64,000 nucleotides of DNA. It comes from an uncultured Methylococcaceae bacterium. GTDB taxonomy: Bacteria; Pseudomonadota; Gammaproteobacteria; Methylococcales; Methylomonadaceae. Below the pieces are notes generated by a model. The model did not search any database and was not told the DNA's origin. It saw nothing but the letters and a program-made list of their open reading frames with translations. This document shows, piece by piece, positions 62,084-64,000 of this stretch; position 1 is the first letter of the stretch, and every line of letters starts with the position of its first letter. Location: positions 8,528 to 72,527 of the forward strand of contig CAIVQX010000173.1 in the NCBI GenBank assembly GCA_903908165.1, written 5' to 3'. The translations under genes and the position numbers were made by a program.

Positions 62084-62653
62084 TTGAATTCAAAAGAAAA
62101 AATATTAACTGCCGCTATTATTTTATTTGCTCAAAAAGGCTATTCTGGCTTATCAATGAGACAACTTGCCTTATCAGTTGATTTGAGTGTAGCGGCAATT
62201 TATCATCATTTTCCAGACAAAAATGCACTTTATTTAGAAGCAGTTCGTTTTTCTTTTTCAGATAAAGAACAAGTCTTTGATCAGGTATGGAACTCCGACT
62301 GTAGCGCAAAAGAAAAACTCCATGGCTTCATTCGCTCCTTAATTGACGTAATGCTCAATGATCAAAATTTTCATAGATTGATGCAACGTGAAATTCTTGA
62401 AGCCAACCCAGAAAGAATGCAACTACTGGCAAAAGGAGTTTTTCACAGTCAGTTCTGCTTATTAATGCAATTGATGGCAGAGTTGGCGCCTAAACAAGAT
62501 GCTCACCTCTTTGCAACATCCGCAATTGGTTTAGCCAAATACTACATTGAGTACCAGCCTTTACTCAAAAACTTACCTGGCTGGAAACTCGAACACGAAA
62601 TACCTGAGTTTATGGCATCACATATCACTTCATTACTCTTAAATAGTTTCTAG
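62084..62653 (+). CDS. TetR/AcrR family transcriptional regulator
   Basis: KEKILTAAIILFAQKGYSGLSMRQLA..VDLSVAAIYHHFPDKNALY; TTG start. Confidence 0.9.
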   Translation: MNSKEKILTAAIILFAQKGYSGLSMRQLALSVDLSVAAIYHHFPDKNALYLEAVRFSFSDKEQVFDQVWNSDCSAKEKLHGFIRSLIDVMLNDQNFHRLMQREILEANPERMQLLAKGVFHSQFCLLMQLMAELAPKQDAHLFATSAIGLAKYYIEYQPLLKNLPGWKLEHEIPEFMASHITSLLLNSF

Positions 62654-62664
62654 GCGAAAACTAC

Positions 62665-64000
62665 ATGAAGAAAACAGTCCGCCCATTACTTTTGACTTTT
62701 CTGATTGATTTACTCAACTCTCGAAAAACTGTTTACTTAGGATTAATAACACTACTTGCCTCTGGTTGTACCTTGGGACCTGACTTTGTCAGACCGAAAA
62801 GTCCAGATGTGAAAAGTTACTTACCAGAAAAACCATTAACAAAAAACACCACCCCATCAGAGTCAATCAAACCCCAATCGTTAACACTGGGAAAAGATAT
62901 TGAAGGTCAATGGTGGAGATTATTTCGCTCCCCTGCTTTAACCAAACTCATTGAACAGGCTATAAAGCATAACCCTGACCTACAAACGGCTTTAGCAACG
63001 TTAAATCAGGCACAGGAAAATGCTACAGCAAAACAAGGCTCTTTGTTTCCTTCACTTGATGTCATTACCAGACAAAATCAACAAAAAATTTCAGGTGCGC
63101 AATTTGGAGACCCCAATATTCCTGACCATACTTACGCACTCTCCTACGTTGGCGTTCATGTTGCCTATACCTTAGATGTTTTTGGAGCCATTCGACGTCA
63201 AATTGAAGGCTTCGAAGCCATAGCAGAATATAACCACTTTCAACTTGAAGGTATCTTTTTAACCCTGGCTGCGAACGTCGTTACCACGGCAATACAAGAA
63301 GCGTCTCTAAGAGCCCAAATTAAAGCAACGCAAGAAATTATTTTGTCACAAACGCGACAACTTGACCTCGTCACCCATCAATTTGAATTAGGGGGTGCCT
63401 CCAAGATAGATGTCTTAACGCTACAATCAAATCTCGAGCAAACACAAGTAACTCTCCCGCCTTTACAACAACAACTGGCTCAAACACGCCATCAATTAAC
63501 AGTTTTTACTGGGGAACTACCCAGCAATGAACTTATTGCCCAATTTAACTTGAATGACCTCCATTTACCGGAAGATCTCCCCCTTTCCTTACCCTCTAAA
63601 CTGGTAGAACAACGTCCTGATATAAGAGCTCAAGAAGCCTTACTACATGACGCAAGTGCTCAGATAGGGGTTGCTACTGCAAGATTATTCCCTGATTTTA
63701 CTATTGATACCAACGTAGGCAGCGTGGCCACAAAAATTGGTGATTTATTTGTACCCGGCAGTGCTGTATGGAACCTTGCTGGCAATATGTTAGCACCCGT
63801 TTTTCACGGTGGTGAGTACCTGCACAAAAGACGTGCCGCATTGGCTGCCTATGAACAAGCTGCTGCTCGTTATCGAAGCACTGTATTGCAAGCCTTTCAA
63901 AATGTAGCTGATACCTTGAGCGCATTAGAATCCGATACTGCCAAATTAAAAGCGCAAGATGCTGCACTAAAAGCAGCTTCTAATAGCTTAGAATTAGTCA
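62665..64000 (+). CDS. NodT-family efflux outer-membrane lipoprotein (3'-truncated by window edge; absent from ORF track)
   Basis: Manual translation from ATG 62665: MKKTVRP...LASGCTLGPDFVRP...YTLDVFGAIRRQIE...LPSKLVEQRPDIR; open to the window end. Confidence 0.9.
   Translation, partial: MKKTVRPLLLTFLIDLLNSRKTVYLGLITLLASGCTLGPDFVRPKSPDVKSYLPEKPLTKNTTPSESIKPQSLTLGKDIEGQWWRLFRSPALTKLIEQAIKHNPDLQTALATLNQAQENATAKQGSLFPSLDVITRQNQQKISGAQFGDPNIPDHTYALSYVGVHVAYTLDVFGAIRRQIEGFEAIAEYNHFQLEGIFLTLAANVVTTAIQEASLRAQIKATQEIILSQTRQLDLVTHQFELGGASKIDVLTLQSNLEQTQVTLPPLQQQLAQTRHQLTVFTGELPSNELIAQFNLNDLHLPEDLPLSLPSKLVEQRPDIRAQEALLHDASAQIGVATARLFPDFTIDTNVGSVATKIGDLFVPGSAVWNLAGNMLAPVFHGGEYLHKRRAALAAYEQAAARYRSTVLQAFQNVADTLSALESDTAKLKAQDAALKAASNSLELV

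Noticed and set aside
83-63967. The many 60-110 aa ORFs in the track that overlap larger genes (e.g. 83-271, 14362-14607, 54905-55288, 63701-63967)
   Set aside because: All lie antisense or out of frame within well-supported genes and show no recognisable motif; treated as shadow ORFs.
1-64000. Mobile elements, prophage, CRISPR arrays, defence systems, rRNA and tRNA genes
   Set aside because: No transposase, integrase, phage or cas genes, no regularly spaced repeat arrays, and no RNA-gene signatures were found; coding density leaves only short intergenic gaps.

Overview
AT-rich gammaproteobacterial chromosomal window made up mostly of housekeeping and envelope genes. Synteny and gene content (valS-pilBCD-coaE-zapD-yacG; amgK-murU divergent from lptD-surA; an HpnN-like transporter; nifJ) resemble Methylococcaceae, but that is inference because no methane-oxidation gene lies in the window. 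I saw no rRNA, tRNA, CRISPR array, transposase, integrase or phage gene. Accessory content includes a DabAB-type inorganic carbon pump, BaeSR with an MdtABC-NodT efflux locus, PFOR (nifJ) with a DHODH-like partner, and gnnA-gnnB-lpxB. The most notable observations are: (1) a prokaryotic pentameric ligand-gated ion channel (GLIC/ELIC-like) gene at 52.4-53.6 kb; (2) a seamless fusion of an AI-2E-family transporter to an SPCA-like P-type ATPase, coupled to a CNNM/CorB gene; (3) an in-frame methyltransferase-PPK1 fusion that looks like a lost stop codon; (4) small orphan-domain proteins downstream of surA; (5) a GIY-YIG pseudogene missed by the ORF track. All family calls come from motif recognition by eye; no database searches were run.
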